A DNA stretch of 64,000 nucleotides from Candidatus Gottesmanbacteria bacterium GW2011_GWA2_43_14 (GCA_000999095.1 LCFP01000001.1:10230-74229); one strand, 5' to 3'. Shown: positions 53,320-62,841, numbered from the stretch's first letter. The notes: generated by a model from the letters alone, not told the origin. A program made the numbers and translations.

Positions 53320-54475
53320 CCTCTTTTTGCATCAGGGCTGACAGAATATAAAGCCAGATCAGGATATACGTATAAAAAAGCGAATTCAAAAAAAGACTGT
53401 GTACAATGACGGATATCATCATGCTTTTGCCTATTTTATTAAGCTTCCGGAAAACACTAATTAAAAATACCAGGTAAACTGCCAGACCGGTTAAGCCTGA
53501 TGAGGCAGCCACAAAAAGCAGACTGTTGTCAACCCCCCCGGCCGCATGGTTAGTCCGCCAGTCCTCGCTTGATCTTTTATCGTCCCGTATCTTGAATCTG
53601 AGAGTATTGAATCCTATGCCCAAAAAAGGTTTATCGCTGATAATTTCTACCGCCTGCTGCCAGTTATTCAGCCTTTCCCTGACCGTAAATATGCGTTCCA
53701 GTTCGACGCCGACTCCTCCGGGCCTCGGCAGTAAAAACAGGGAACCGAAAAATATTATCCCTGCCAGAAAATATTTCAGTAATCTCCGTGACAGGTAAGC
53801 CCAATATAAAATGCCGGACAGGAATGCCAGGTAGGAACTGCGGGAATAAGTAAAGGCCAGTGTTGCCAGAACAACCAGCTTAATTAATATTTGCCGGTAA
53901 AAAACCTGCTGTAAAGACAAACTGAAAAGGAAAAATAAAACAAGAATAAGTCCGAAATAATTAGGGTCAAGGATGGTGGAAAAAATCCGGAAATAATGCG
54001 GGTCCCAGCCCAGATAATATAGATTTCTTAAATCAGGATAGAGAAAATACTGGAACCACCCCAGAACAATCAGCACTATTCCGGACAAGATGATCAGCCG
54101 GGTAAAAAATTTCCGTATTGGGGGATTCATTTTAAGACTGACAAGGACAGCAGGGTATATCTGGAAATAAGCGGCGAATCTGAGAAGGTAAAGCAATGCA
54201 ATTCCTTTATCAGAGGCTGATAGGCTTAATGGAGACAAAAGCCAGCTGAGTAAGGCGATGATAACAAAAGCGGAAAAAGCTTTGAACTCAAGTCGCTGCC
54301 TGTACAATTTCACTACTTCAGACCATTTGGTTATAATCCACAAGTTCAAAATAAAAACGGCAACATCAGGCGGATAAAGGACGATTGGTCCGGGGGGGAT
54401 ATTTAATCCGAATAGGGGACCGGCTACCGCAGCAGCCAGCAGCAGGATAAAGACAGTCTTAAAAGTTTTGGACAT
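53297..54475 (-). CDS. O-antigen ligase/Wzy_C family membrane protein
   Basis: RIFSTILDPNYFG, TYSRSSYL, PFLGIGFN, DNSLL; multi-TM. Confidence 0.85.
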   Translation of the reverse strand: MSKTFKTVFILLLAAAVAGPLFGLNIPPGPIVLYPPDVAVFILNLWIITKWSEVVKLYRQRLEFKAFSAFVIIALLSWLLSPLSLSASDKGIALLYLLRFAAYFQIYPAVLVSLKMNPPIRKFFTRLIILSGIVLIVLGWFQYFLYPDLRNLYYLGWDPHYFRIFSTILDPNYFGLILVLFFLFSLSLQQVFYRQILIKLVVLATLAFTYSRSSYLAFLSGILYWAYLSRRLLKYFLAGIIFFGSLFLLPRPGGVGVELERIFTVRERLNNWQQAVEIISDKPFLGIGFNTLRFKIRDDKRSSEDWRTNHAAGGVDNSLLFVAASSGLTGLAVYLVFLISVFRKLNKIGKSMMISVIVHSLFLNSLFYTYILIWLYILSALMQKEVKGNTQV

Positions 54476-55244
54476 TTTTTAAGTTAGAAAGATAAAGTTT
54501 GCCTCTGGCCAGGAATGAATGCAGGCTCATCATGACCGCCATGATTAACCCCGGTGCTCCGTCGAGAAAACCGGCTTTCAGAATATAATTATTGAAAAAC
54601 TTGCCAGGAGGATAAAAAAGAATTTCCAAAAAACCGACTTCTTTCCCCTGCTCTTTCCAAGATTGTGCGACAATAGTCGTGTATTTATTTAATTTGCCGA
54701 TAAAACTGCCAAGCGTATCATGGGGATGATGCAATAGCGGATTCCGCAAATTTCCTGTCTGACCTTTGATACGCCAGACTTCATGTACTTTCCCCTCCCA
54801 TTGCCCGAATTCTTTTTTTCCCAAACGCAAAAAACTGATATTGCCTGTTTCACCGTAATTTAGCTTCTTTCCCAGAAAAATATCCAAACGTCTAATAAAG
54901 TAACCTTTTATCCTGTCATCATCGGACTTTAACAGATTTTTTATTTCCTCAGCCAGTTCCTGGCTGACTACTTCATCGCTGTCAACAAACAATATCCGTG
55001 AGAATTCTGCTTTGCTCAAGCCGAAATTACGCTGGGCGGAAAAGTCTCCTTTCAGTTGATGCTGATGAATTTTTATCCTGATTTTATTTTTATCCTTAAA
55101 GCGGTCAATTACTTCCAATGTTTTGTCACTGGAAAAATCGTCAATAATAACGAGCTCACTGCACCAATCCAAAGATTCCAGGCACTTACGTATTTTAGTC
55201 TCGCTGTTTTTGGCGAGAATGACTGCCGATATGTCGTTTGTCAT
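54459..55244 (-). CDS. Glycosyltransferase family 2 (WaaE/KdtX-like)
   Basis: ISAVILAKN, DDFSSDKT, DFSAQRNF, FVDSDE, GFLDG. Confidence 0.9.
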   Translation of the reverse strand: MTNDISAVILAKNSETKIRKCLESLDWCSELVIIDDFSSDKTLEVIDRFKDKNKIRIKIHQHQLKGDFSAQRNFGLSKAEFSRILFVDSDEVVSQELAEEIKNLLKSDDDRIKGYFIRRLDIFLGKKLNYGETGNISFLRLGKKEFGQWEGKVHEVWRIKGQTGNLRNPLLHHPHDTLGSFIGKLNKYTTIVAQSWKEQGKEVGFLEILFYPPGKFFNNYILKAGFLDGAPGLIMAVMMSLHSFLARGKLYLSNLKNVQNF

Positions 55245-56029
55245 CTTTTACTTATTTTATCCCAAATAATCTTTACCGTTAAAAGGGAAAGATACATCCA
55301 GGCGGAAAGCCTGTTCAAACCAAAATGCTTATTTACTATTTTAAAATTACTGACCAGGTTATAGTAAATCGCTTTATCTGACCAGCGGCCGATGGCTGAG
55401 CTTAATTTATGCTTTACTGTGACGTTCTGGTTGACTCCTACCCGATAGCCCGCTTTTTTTGCCCGCAGACAGTAATCAACATCTTCGAAATAAAAAAAGA
55501 AACGTTCGTCGAAAAGTCCTGTTGTTTCCAGAACCGGTCGGCTGACTATCATGCAGCAGCCGCTGACATAATCCGGGTAAAAATCCGTCTTTTCAGCAAT
55601 ATTCTTCTCCAGATGATTAGTCCGTCCGGTAAAATAATTTATGCTCCCGCCGTAGTCATAAACATCTTCGTCTTCGGCATTTTTAAAATTAACAACAGCC
55701 CCGGTGATATCAAAATCAGTCCCGGCAATTTTTTCGAAATAATCAGCGGGCAGGACGGTATCGTTATTGAGAATGAGGAAATGTGAAGTCCGCTTATCCT
55801 TTAACGCCTCCCGCAGACCGCGGTTAATGCCGGCCGCAAAACCCAGATTTTTATTGTTCCTGATCACAATTATATTTTTATATTGACTGAAGTTATCTTT
55901 CGTACCGTTGTTTACCAGAAAAACTTTTACGTTCAGCATATTTTTATCAGCACTTTTTATGGAATCAAGACATTCTGCCGTATCCTGATATTTACCGAAA
56001 TGAAGAATGATGACACTGATATTTTTCAT
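55241..56029 (-). CDS. Glycosyltransferase family 2 (rhamnosyltransferase-like)
   Basis: NLGFAAGIN, LNNDT, SGCCM, FDERFFFYFEDVD. Confidence 0.9.
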   Translation of the reverse strand: MKNISVIILHFGKYQDTAECLDSIKSADKNMLNVKVFLVNNGTKDNFSQYKNIIVIRNNKNLGFAAGINRGLREALKDKRTSHFLILNNDTVLPADYFEKIAGTDFDITGAVVNFKNAEDEDVYDYGGSINYFTGRTNHLEKNIAEKTDFYPDYVSGCCMIVSRPVLETTGLFDERFFFYFEDVDYCLRAKKAGYRVGVNQNVTVKHKLSSAIGRWSDKAIYYNLVSNFKIVNKHFGLNRLSAWMYLSLLTVKIIWDKISKR

Positions 56030-57159
56030 TATTGGCTTACAGTTTCATTGAGTAATTTTTCCAGCCTGTCTGCGGATTTTTGCCAAGTCCAATTCTCCTT
56101 TACATAATTTCTGCGGAATTCTCCGTTTTTTATTCCGGATTTCAATGCTGTTTCAATATTTTCAGCAAAGACGGCTTCATCCCTTTCTACTGCTTTACCG
56201 AGTCGGCTGTCGGTTAAAATTTCCGGTATGCCCCCTCCTCCGGTTGTCAAAACATAAAGTCCGGTTGATAACGCTTCCAGAACAACCAGGCCGAACGGTT
56301 CATTCAACGGAGCGTAGAGAAACAGTCTTGCCTGGTTATAAAGTTTTTCCAGTTTTTCATCGCTGATATTCATCTCCAGCCTCAACTTTACTCCTTTTTG
56401 TTCAGCCAGTTTTTGCAAATAAACTGTCTCGTTCCCTTCCGGTCCGGCGATAACCAGGGATGGTCTGATTTTTTCAGGTATCCGGGCTATGCAATTGATG
56501 ATGAAATCATGTCCCTTAAGAAGGGTAAAAGCCCCCACAGACAGGGCAAAATTTTCCTTCTTGATTTTTATTGGCCTGAAATTATCGGTATCGACTCCAA
56601 GACGGTTCACCGAAACTTGCCTGCCGTATATTTTTTCCAGGATTTTTTTACTATACATAGATAAAGTCACAATCTTATCTGCTTTGCGGGCATTCTCGCG
56701 GTCTATATATTTCAAAGGCAGGCGGAAAAGCAGAGTCAAATTATAAGTCAATTTATTGTTTATTCTGGGAATATGCTCATAAAATTCCCTTTTCGGTTCA
56801 GGACAGGTATATAAGGAAGGAATATTCAGGTATCTCAGGACATAGGGTGCTTGGGTCAGGTAACACGGATTAACATATGCAATATCGTAATCTCCTTTAT
56901 TTATTTTTTCAGCCATCTGTATATACGCATTTTTAAGTTCTGTGTATTTGGAAAAGACGGAATAGGGAAATTTTTCCGGATGACGGTAAGTTATTTTTTG
57001 TATTTGCTTTACAAATCCGGTTAAGGGCAAATAATTTTCATTTGTCACGCTCAAAATAAAAAGGTCCAATTCATGTTTTAATGAAAGCCTTTTTACCTGC
57101 TCGTAAAGTGCTCTTTTCTGTCCACCGGCAGGCAAATTATGAACTACGGCTATTTTCAT
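56029..57159 (-). CDS. Glycosyltransferase family 4
   Basis: KGHDF, EPFGLVVLEALSTG, GGIPE. Confidence 0.9.
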   Translation of the reverse strand: MKIAVVHNLPAGGQKRALYEQVKRLSLKHELDLFILSVTNENYLPLTGFVKQIQKITYRHPEKFPYSVFSKYTELKNAYIQMAEKINKGDYDIAYVNPCYLTQAPYVLRYLNIPSLYTCPEPKREFYEHIPRINNKLTYNLTLLFRLPLKYIDRENARKADKIVTLSMYSKKILEKIYGRQVSVNRLGVDTDNFRPIKIKKENFALSVGAFTLLKGHDFIINCIARIPEKIRPSLVIAGPEGNETVYLQKLAEQKGVKLRLEMNISDEKLEKLYNQARLFLYAPLNEPFGLVVLEALSTGLYVLTTGGGGIPEILTDSRLGKAVERDEAVFAENIETALKSGIKNGEFRRNYVKENWTWQKSADRLEKLLNETVSQ

Positions 57160-57959
57160 CTGATAAATACCTTCCGCAACCGGATAAAAAATGCGTACAT
57201 TTGTATACTCCCTTGATACATACCGTAGATGACAGCTGCCCGGAATCCGTTATAGCCGTCGAGATAACCCTGTTTCCGGTAAAAACAGCGAAAAAAATGC
57301 CTGGCTGTTTCCAAAATAATTCCAGAAAATAGTGTAACTGTCGTTCTTTCGGATTTCACTATATCGTTTCCTTCGATATTTATATAATTTTTCAAACGGA
57401 AAAATGCCAACCAGGAGCTGTATTTGCTTCTTAGAGAACTGTGGAGGATTTCAACATCTTTTATAAAGCGGGTTTTCTTCTCCGGGATTTGTATCTGTGC
57501 ATGGATTACACCGGAATATTTATAGCCTCTGTGATTGCGAAAGAGTCTTAATTGCCAATCAGGGTAAAAGTAACCATACTTCAGATAAGTCTTATCATTT
57601 ATATAATTCCGCCTTGGGAACCAATATCCATCAACATTCTTATTCTTTACCAATTCCCTAATCCTCTTCTCCGCCCCCTCCGTCAACTCCTCATCAGCAT
57701 CCAATACAAGAATCCAATTTAAATTACTTTTAGATAAAGCATAATTTCTTTGAGATGAAAAATCATTAAATTTTTTAAAATATAATTTATTCTTAAATAA
57801 TTTTAATTTTTCAATAGTAGAATCATCGGAAAATGAATCTAATATAATTAAGTTATCATAATATGTTTTATTTACTATATTTAAAATATTTTTCTCTTCG
57901 TTATGAACTATTATTATCAAATCAATATTTTTTTCATCTTTGTTAAAGGCTATTGACAT
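57156..57959 (-). CDS. Glycosyltransferase family 2 (WaaE/KdtX-like), AT-rich 5' part
   Basis: HNEEKNI, DSFSDDST, FSSQRNYA, VLDADE, YPDWQLRLF. Confidence 0.88.
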   Translation of the reverse strand: MSIAFNKDEKNIDLIIIVHNEEKNILNIVNKTYYDNLIILDSFSDDSTIEKLKLFKNKLYFKKFNDFSSQRNYALSKSNLNWILVLDADEELTEGAEKRIRELVKNKNVDGYWFPRRNYINDKTYLKYGYFYPDWQLRLFRNHRGYKYSGVIHAQIQIPEKKTRFIKDVEILHSSLRSKYSSWLAFFRLKNYINIEGNDIVKSERTTVTLFSGIILETARHFFRCFYRKQGYLDGYNGFRAAVIYGMYQGSIQMYAFFIRLRKVFIR

Positions 57960-57998
57960 TATAGTAAAAAATGGATAATTTTAAATTATTCTACTTAA

Positions 57999-60335
57999 AT
58001 GATTATTATTACAATAATCATTTTATTTATATCTCTATTATACCCAACTTATGTTGCGTCTAATTTTACTCCTGAAAATTCTCCAATTTTAACAGTTGGT
58101 TCAACATGGGATAGATCTTATGTGTATGGACCATCTGTTTTATTCGATAATAATATATATAAACTTTGGTATACTGGGTCAAATTCATATAAAGTACAGA
58201 TAGGTTATTCTTCATCAAATACATATTTAAATTTTTCACCAAATCCGTCCAGCCCATCTATTCCTTATTCTGCTTTATATTCAACTGATTATGGGGTAGA
58301 ACATCCTACTGTTATTAAAATTACTGATAATCAATATAAAATGTGGTTTCATAGAGCAAGAACAAATTTTAACACTTTTGATCTCTATTATGCAGAATCG
58401 TCTGATGGTATATTTTGGGATAATTTTACTAAATTACTTTTTACTAACGAAACAACTTGGGATCAATATAGTCAAACAGCTCCATCAGTTATCTATGATT
58501 CAAATGAAAATAAATATAAAATGTGGTATTCAGGATCAGGTTATTTTAACAGCGATCCTCAACGTTGGAGAATAGGGTATGCTTTTTCTAGTGATGGGAT
58601 TACTTGGACAAAAAATGCAAACCCTGTTTTAGATGCTGACCAAGAATGGGAAGATAAGAATAATTTAGCGGGTGTATCTAATCCTCATGTTCTAAAAATA
58701 TCTAATAAATATCATCTTTGGTATCATAGTAAAGGAAAAATTGGGTACGCACTATCTAATGATGAAATAACATGGACTAAACATTCTGAACCAATACTAT
58801 CTCCTTTAGTAGGTACATATTACAGTAAATCAGTATGGGATCCCTATGTAGTATATGATAATAATCAATATTACTTATTTTTTTCAGCAATTGGGAGTTC
58901 TGTTAATTTAGGAGTTGCTTCTGATATTTCATTACCAGATGTTATTATCCCTACTCAAACTCCGACACCGACGCTTACTCCGACACCGACTATTCCTAAA
59001 GACTCACCGATTGTCATTTTACCCGGACTGGGTGCTTCATGGAATACAAAAGATATGGTTTCCTGCGGGTTGTCCAGTTCTGCAAAATGGGTACAAACCC
59101 CTTATTATGCAAGTGTGTATGATCGTCTGTTCAAAACGTTAGAAAATAATGCCCATATGACAAGAGATAAAAATTTATTTATTTATTATTATGACTGGAG
59201 AAAACCGTTGGATGAACAAGTTATATTGTTCAGAAAATATCTTGATGATATATCCAAAAAAACAAACTCAAAGGTACGCCTGATTGGACACAGTATGGGT
59301 GGATTACTGATTAGGGGATATTTATCTGATTATCCTGGTGATGACCGTGTATACAAAGCTATGACCGTTGGTACTCCTCATACCGGTACTGTCTTAGCCT
59401 ACCCCTTATGGGCAAACGGCGATATCTGGTTTACTGAATTGGGAGTTAAAATTCCGATAACTCTTCTTTTAAACTACTGTAGATTAGTCAAAACAACATT
59501 AAATTTAACCGGTATCTCCAAGGGATTTGTAACAATTGATGTTCCGACATATAAACTGTTAAGCCAGAAAGAAACTATTCAATCCCTTGCTCCTTCAATC
59601 GAATCACTTCTGCCGGTATTTAATTATCTTCAAAAGAATGGCAATTTAATCGATTCGACTTCCCTCATATCACAAAATAATTGGCTGAAAAATCATTTAA
59701 TTGATAATAACCGCATAAAGATGATTACCGATACCATTTCAGGTAACAACAGAAATACTTTAAAAGTTCTTTCTGTGAAACCTCCGTCAAAAAAGGATTT
59801 AAAAAATAAAAATTGGGTTGACGGCGTACCTATTGCTAAAGAATTCGACAAACAGGGAGACGGAACAATCTTAAATTTGAGTAGTATTCTGCCGAATATA
59901 AATAATATGACTATTGAAGGAGATCATATTCAAATTATTTATTCGGATGAAGCATTAAATAAAATATTAGAATTTCTTGATCTTGAAGATACACCAATCT
60001 ATCAAAAAGAACCTGTACCGATTGCTGAAGCTGAAACTGCCATAGTATTAATGTCGGATAAGAATGCTGAAATCCGGGCAACAAATATGGATAAAAATAC
60101 TATAAACAGTCAGGAAAATCTGTTATCCCTTTTTAACCCTCAAACCGGAAATTATAAAATACAAATAAAAGGAGACCAAAACGATCAGACGGTTCTGCAA
60201 ACCGCCTTGCTTAACAAAGTGAGCGATACAGAGGTAGATACTTATTCCGTTAAACTCAAAAAGAATGTCTGGATGAATTATCTGCTTATATATACGCCGA
60301 ACAATCCCAATAAACTTGTTCTTGTTCCGTATTAA
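57999..60335 (+). CDS. Secreted multidomain protein: five-bladed beta-propeller glycosidase-like domain + Pro/Thr linker + alpha/beta hydrolase (PGAP1/LCAT-like)
   Basis: Signal-like N-terminus; repeated PSV..D..YKMWY.G...IGYA.S.DGI.W blades; PTQTPTPTLTPTPT; LPGLGAS, YDWR, GHSMGG, GTPH.G, GDGTI, H. Confidence 0.8.
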   Translation: MIIITIIILFISLLYPTYVASNFTPENSPILTVGSTWDRSYVYGPSVLFDNNIYKLWYTGSNSYKVQIGYSSSNTYLNFSPNPSSPSIPYSALYSTDYGVEHPTVIKITDNQYKMWFHRARTNFNTFDLYYAESSDGIFWDNFTKLLFTNETTWDQYSQTAPSVIYDSNENKYKMWYSGSGYFNSDPQRWRIGYAFSSDGITWTKNANPVLDADQEWEDKNNLAGVSNPHVLKISNKYHLWYHSKGKIGYALSNDEITWTKHSEPILSPLVGTYYSKSVWDPYVVYDNNQYYLFFSAIGSSVNLGVASDISLPDVIIPTQTPTPTLTPTPTIPKDSPIVILPGLGASWNTKDMVSCGLSSSAKWVQTPYYASVYDRLFKTLENNAHMTRDKNLFIYYYDWRKPLDEQVILFRKYLDDISKKTNSKVRLIGHSMGGLLIRGYLSDYPGDDRVYKAMTVGTPHTGTVLAYPLWANGDIWFTELGVKIPITLLLNYCRLVKTTLNLTGISKGFVTIDVPTYKLLSQKETIQSLAPSIESLLPVFNYLQKNGNLIDSTSLISQNNWLKNHLIDNNRIKMITDTISGNNRNTLKVLSVKPPSKKDLKNKNWVDGVPIAKEFDKQGDGTILNLSSILPNINNMTIEGDHIQIIYSDEALNKILEFLDLEDTPIYQKEPVPIAEAETAIVLMSDKNAEIRATNMDKNTINSQENLLSLFNPQTGNYKIQIKGDQNDQTVLQTALLNKVSDTEVDTYSVKLKKNVWMNYLLIYTPNNPNKLVLVPY

Positions 60336-60766
60336 AGGAAATCAGTATTCTTTATAATATCCCTGTGGTCAAAGGCTAATTTTCCCGGAATTTGGTTTAA
60401 AGAAAAATATTTCAAATCAGCTGCATCATCACCGGCTAATGCCTCTCCTTCAACTTCACATTTATAGGCAATAGCAACCGCCTGACGTGGGTGGCGGTTG
60501 GGCTTGCTGAAAACTCCGATTAAACGTAGGGAAATCACTTTTAAACCTGTTTCTTCAAGGACCTCCCGGGCAACGGTTTCTTCGACAGTCTCCTCGTATT
60601 CAACCATACCTCCGGGAAGAGCCCAATATCCTTTATACGGCTCGAATCCTCTTTTTATGAGTAACAGTTGACCGTCTTTGACAATTACGGCATCGATTGA
60701 AAGCGGTCTGTTGTCATACCGTCCGCATACCTGGCATTTTTTTTCATTAAGAATTCGTCTATTCAC
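60332..60766 (-). CDS. NUDIX hydrolase
   Basis: WALPGGMVEYEETVEETVAREVLEETGL Nudix box, LAFDH. Confidence 0.92.
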   Translation of the reverse strand: MNRRILNEKKCQVCGRYDNRPLSIDAVIVKDGQLLLIKRGFEPYKGYWALPGGMVEYEETVEETVAREVLEETGLKVISLRLIGVFSKPNRHPRQAVAIAYKCEVEGEALAGDDAADLKYFSLNQIPGKLAFDHRDIIKNTDFL

Positions 60767-60770
60767 TTTG

Positions 60771-60830
60771 TGGACCCGAGAGGATTCGAACCTCTGACCT
60801 GTCCGACGTGACGTCGGACCGCTCTACCCG
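60771..60830 (-). repeat. 3'-half copy of tRNA-Val with palindromic anticodon-arm replacement
   Basis: 60769-60800 is identical to 60844-60875; followed by GTCCGACGTGACGTCGGAC (60801-60819). Confidence 0.9.
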
Positions 60831-60845
60831 AAACATCCCTTTCTG

Positions 60846-60919
60846 TGGACCCGAGAGGATTCGAACCTCTGACCTTTCGGATGTGAACCGAACGCTCTAA
60901 CCGGCTGAGCTACGGGTCC
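60846..60919 (-). tRNA. tRNA-Val(CAC)
   Basis: Minus strand GGACCCG/CGGGTCC acceptor, TTCGG-TTCACAT-CCGAA, GGTTCGAATCC. Confidence 0.95.
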
Positions 60920-61176
60920 ATTTTGATATATTTTTCCCCGATTATTTTTTTAATAATTATTTTACTTTTCAATTTCTTCAATTTATATTCGATTTGCCTA
61001 GCTTTTGTTAAGGAATCATACTTTTGGAAATATACCAAGTCAAATGGTTTTGTTAGATTTGTATATTTTGATTCTCCAGCATTATGTTCTTCCAATCTTC
61101 TTGAAATATTACTTGTTGAACCGATATAATACCTTTTATTTTTTAATGACTGCAAAATATAAACGAATCCTGTCAT
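60910..61176 (-). CDS. Small GIY-YIG nuclease (UPF0213/SLX1-like); last codons (MDP*) supplied by the tRNA 5' end
   Basis: FVYILQS...YYIGST..I.RRL.EHN.G...YT...LVY.Q...AR..E..LK. Confidence 0.9.
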   Translation of the reverse strand: MTGFVYILQSLKNKRYYIGSTSNISRRLEEHNAGESKYTNLTKPFDLVYFQKYDSLTKARQIEYKLKKLKSKIIIKKIIGEKYIKMDP

Positions 61177-61184
61177 TTTTATCT

Positions 61185-61238
61185 TCTGACCTGTCCGACG
61201 TGACGTCGGACCGCTCTAACCGGCTGAGCTACGGGTCC
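61185..61238 (-). repeat. 5'-half copy of tRNA-Val with the same palindromic anticodon-arm replacement
   Basis: Minus strand GGACCCGTAGCTCAGCCGGTTAGAGCG-GTCCGACGTCACGTCGGAC-AGGTCAGA, then 8 nt to the GIY-YIG ATG. Confidence 0.9.
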
Positions 61239-61307
61239 AATATTTAGGCTAATTATAGCTAAATAGCTCTTGCAGTGCTACCTTGTCTTTACCTATAATA
61301 GGATGTT

Positions 61308-61988
61308 ATGAACAAGCCGAAAGTTGTCATAAATACCGAGGATAGGAAACCCCAATCGCATGTCACCGTCAACAGTGAAATTGACGAAGATGAACAAAAC
61401 GAGGTAAAGGAAGACTTTTTTCTGCTGAAACTCTTTAAATCAGGCATAAATTTTGTCTTTGATTTCCTGGAAACGATTGTTGTCGCCTTGTCTGTATTTG
61501 TAGTCGTATATCTTTTTATCATCCAGCCTCACGAAGTCAAAGGCAGCTCCATGGAGCCATCATTCCAGAATAATGAATATATTATCACCGATAAAATCAG
61601 CTACCGGTTCGGAACGCCAAAGAGGGGTGATGTGATAATTTTTAAAGCACCAGTTAACCCGGACGTGGACTATATAAAGAGAATAATCGGAGAGTCAGGT
61701 GAAACCGTCATGGTACAAAACGGCAGAATTTTCATAGATGGCAAAATCCTTAATGAACCGTATATCAATGAACTGACTCCGGTGTTTCCCGGAGGGTTTG
61801 TCAAGGAAGGTACACCCATTACTGTTCCTGAAAACTATTATTTTGTGATGGGAGATAACCGTCCGCACAGTTCGGACTCAAGGGAATTCGGACCCATCGA
61901 TAAAAAACTTATTGTAGGCAAAGCAGTCTTAAGGTACTGGCCTATCAATGAAATCGGTCTGCTTCCGGGAATTTCTTACCGTTTATAA
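61308..61988 (+). CDS. lepB: Signal peptidase I
   Basis: GSSMEP, YIKRIIG, GDNRPHSSDSR. Confidence 0.95.
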   Translation: MNKPKVVINTEDRKPQSHVTVNSEIDEDEQNEVKEDFFLLKLFKSGINFVFDFLETIVVALSVFVVVYLFIIQPHEVKGSSMEPSFQNNEYIITDKISYRFGTPKRGDVIIFKAPVNPDVDYIKRIIGESGETVMVQNGRIFIDGKILNEPYINELTPVFPGGFVKEGTPITVPENYYFVMGDNRPHSSDSREFGPIDKKLIVGKAVLRYWPINEIGLLPGISYRL

Positions 61989-62006
61989 TAGGGATATGAC
62001 TGAAAT

Positions 62007-62834
62007 TCAGGAGTAAAGCTTCAGAAGCTGTTCGTAAAGTTTACGTATTTCCTCTGTAGTCTTTTCCGGTACACCCTTAAGTATGATTTGGATTTTAGCA
62101 GATATGGTTGACTGGTTAATTCTTACAGGAGTATTCATTTTGGTGGACAATTCTGAAGCCAATTTGTCCAATTCCACGCTCTGAATCCTGTCCGCTCCCT
62201 TTCTAACCGGCATATCCCTGGCTTCTTTCATCTGCCGTACCATGTCTTCTGTTCTCCTGACGGAGGAACCGTCTGTTAAAATTTGCTTGAAGGCTTCCAC
62301 CATCAAACGGGAATCAGACAAACCTGCAATTGCCCGGGCATGCCCCTCGGTGATATCAGTAGAAATCAGACCGTCTTTAATAGCATCAGGAAGCGCTAAT
62401 AACCTAAGTGTATTTGAGACATATGCCGGACTCTTGCCGATTCTTTTAGCAATTTCCGTCACCGGAATGGCATATTCATCTATCAGTCTTTGAAATCCTT
62501 GGGCTCTCTCAATCGGATTTAAATCTTCCCTTTGTACATTCTCAACCAATGCCAGTTCCAGCATACCCCTGGTATCCGTTTCTTTGACAACTACCGGAAC
62601 GGTCTTCAACCCGACAATCTTGGAAGCCCGCCAGCGCCTTTCTCCGGCAATAATCTGGAAACCGGCCGGTGTTTTGGCCACGACCAATGGTTCCAGCACT
62701 CCGTGCTCTTTAATTGATTCAACCAAATCAACCAATGATTCGCTTTTGATGAGATTTCTGACCTGAAGAGGATTCGGCTGCAGGAGACTAATATCCAGAT
62801 TAATTAATTCTTTATATTGTGTGACGTTTACCAT
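62007..62834 (-). CDS. parB: ParB/Spo0J partition protein
   Basis: IIAGERRWRA, ALVENVQREDLNPIE, HTH region, EGHARA. Confidence 0.94.
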   Translation of the reverse strand: MVNVTQYKELINLDISLLQPNPLQVRNLIKSESLVDLVESIKEHGVLEPLVVAKTPAGFQIIAGERRWRASKIVGLKTVPVVVKETDTRGMLELALVENVQREDLNPIERAQGFQRLIDEYAIPVTEIAKRIGKSPAYVSNTLRLLALPDAIKDGLISTDITEGHARAIAGLSDSRLMVEAFKQILTDGSSVRRTEDMVRQMKEARDMPVRKGADRIQSVELDKLASELSTKMNTPVRINQSTISAKIQIILKGVPEKTTEEIRKLYEQLLKLYS

Positions 62835-62841
62835 AATTTTA

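Noticed and set aside
60771-61238. Either flanking copy as a functional Sec/opal-suppressor tRNA, or the locus as a group I/BHB intron
   Set aside because: Each copy lacks half of the cloverleaf. There is no long variable arm or sel genes, no intron core is visible, and an uninterrupted tRNA-Val is already present.
62007-62834. parB as a plasmid or prophage marker
   Set aside because: It is a chromosomal Spo0J-type protein directly downstream of rplU-rpmA, with no mobile genes nearby.
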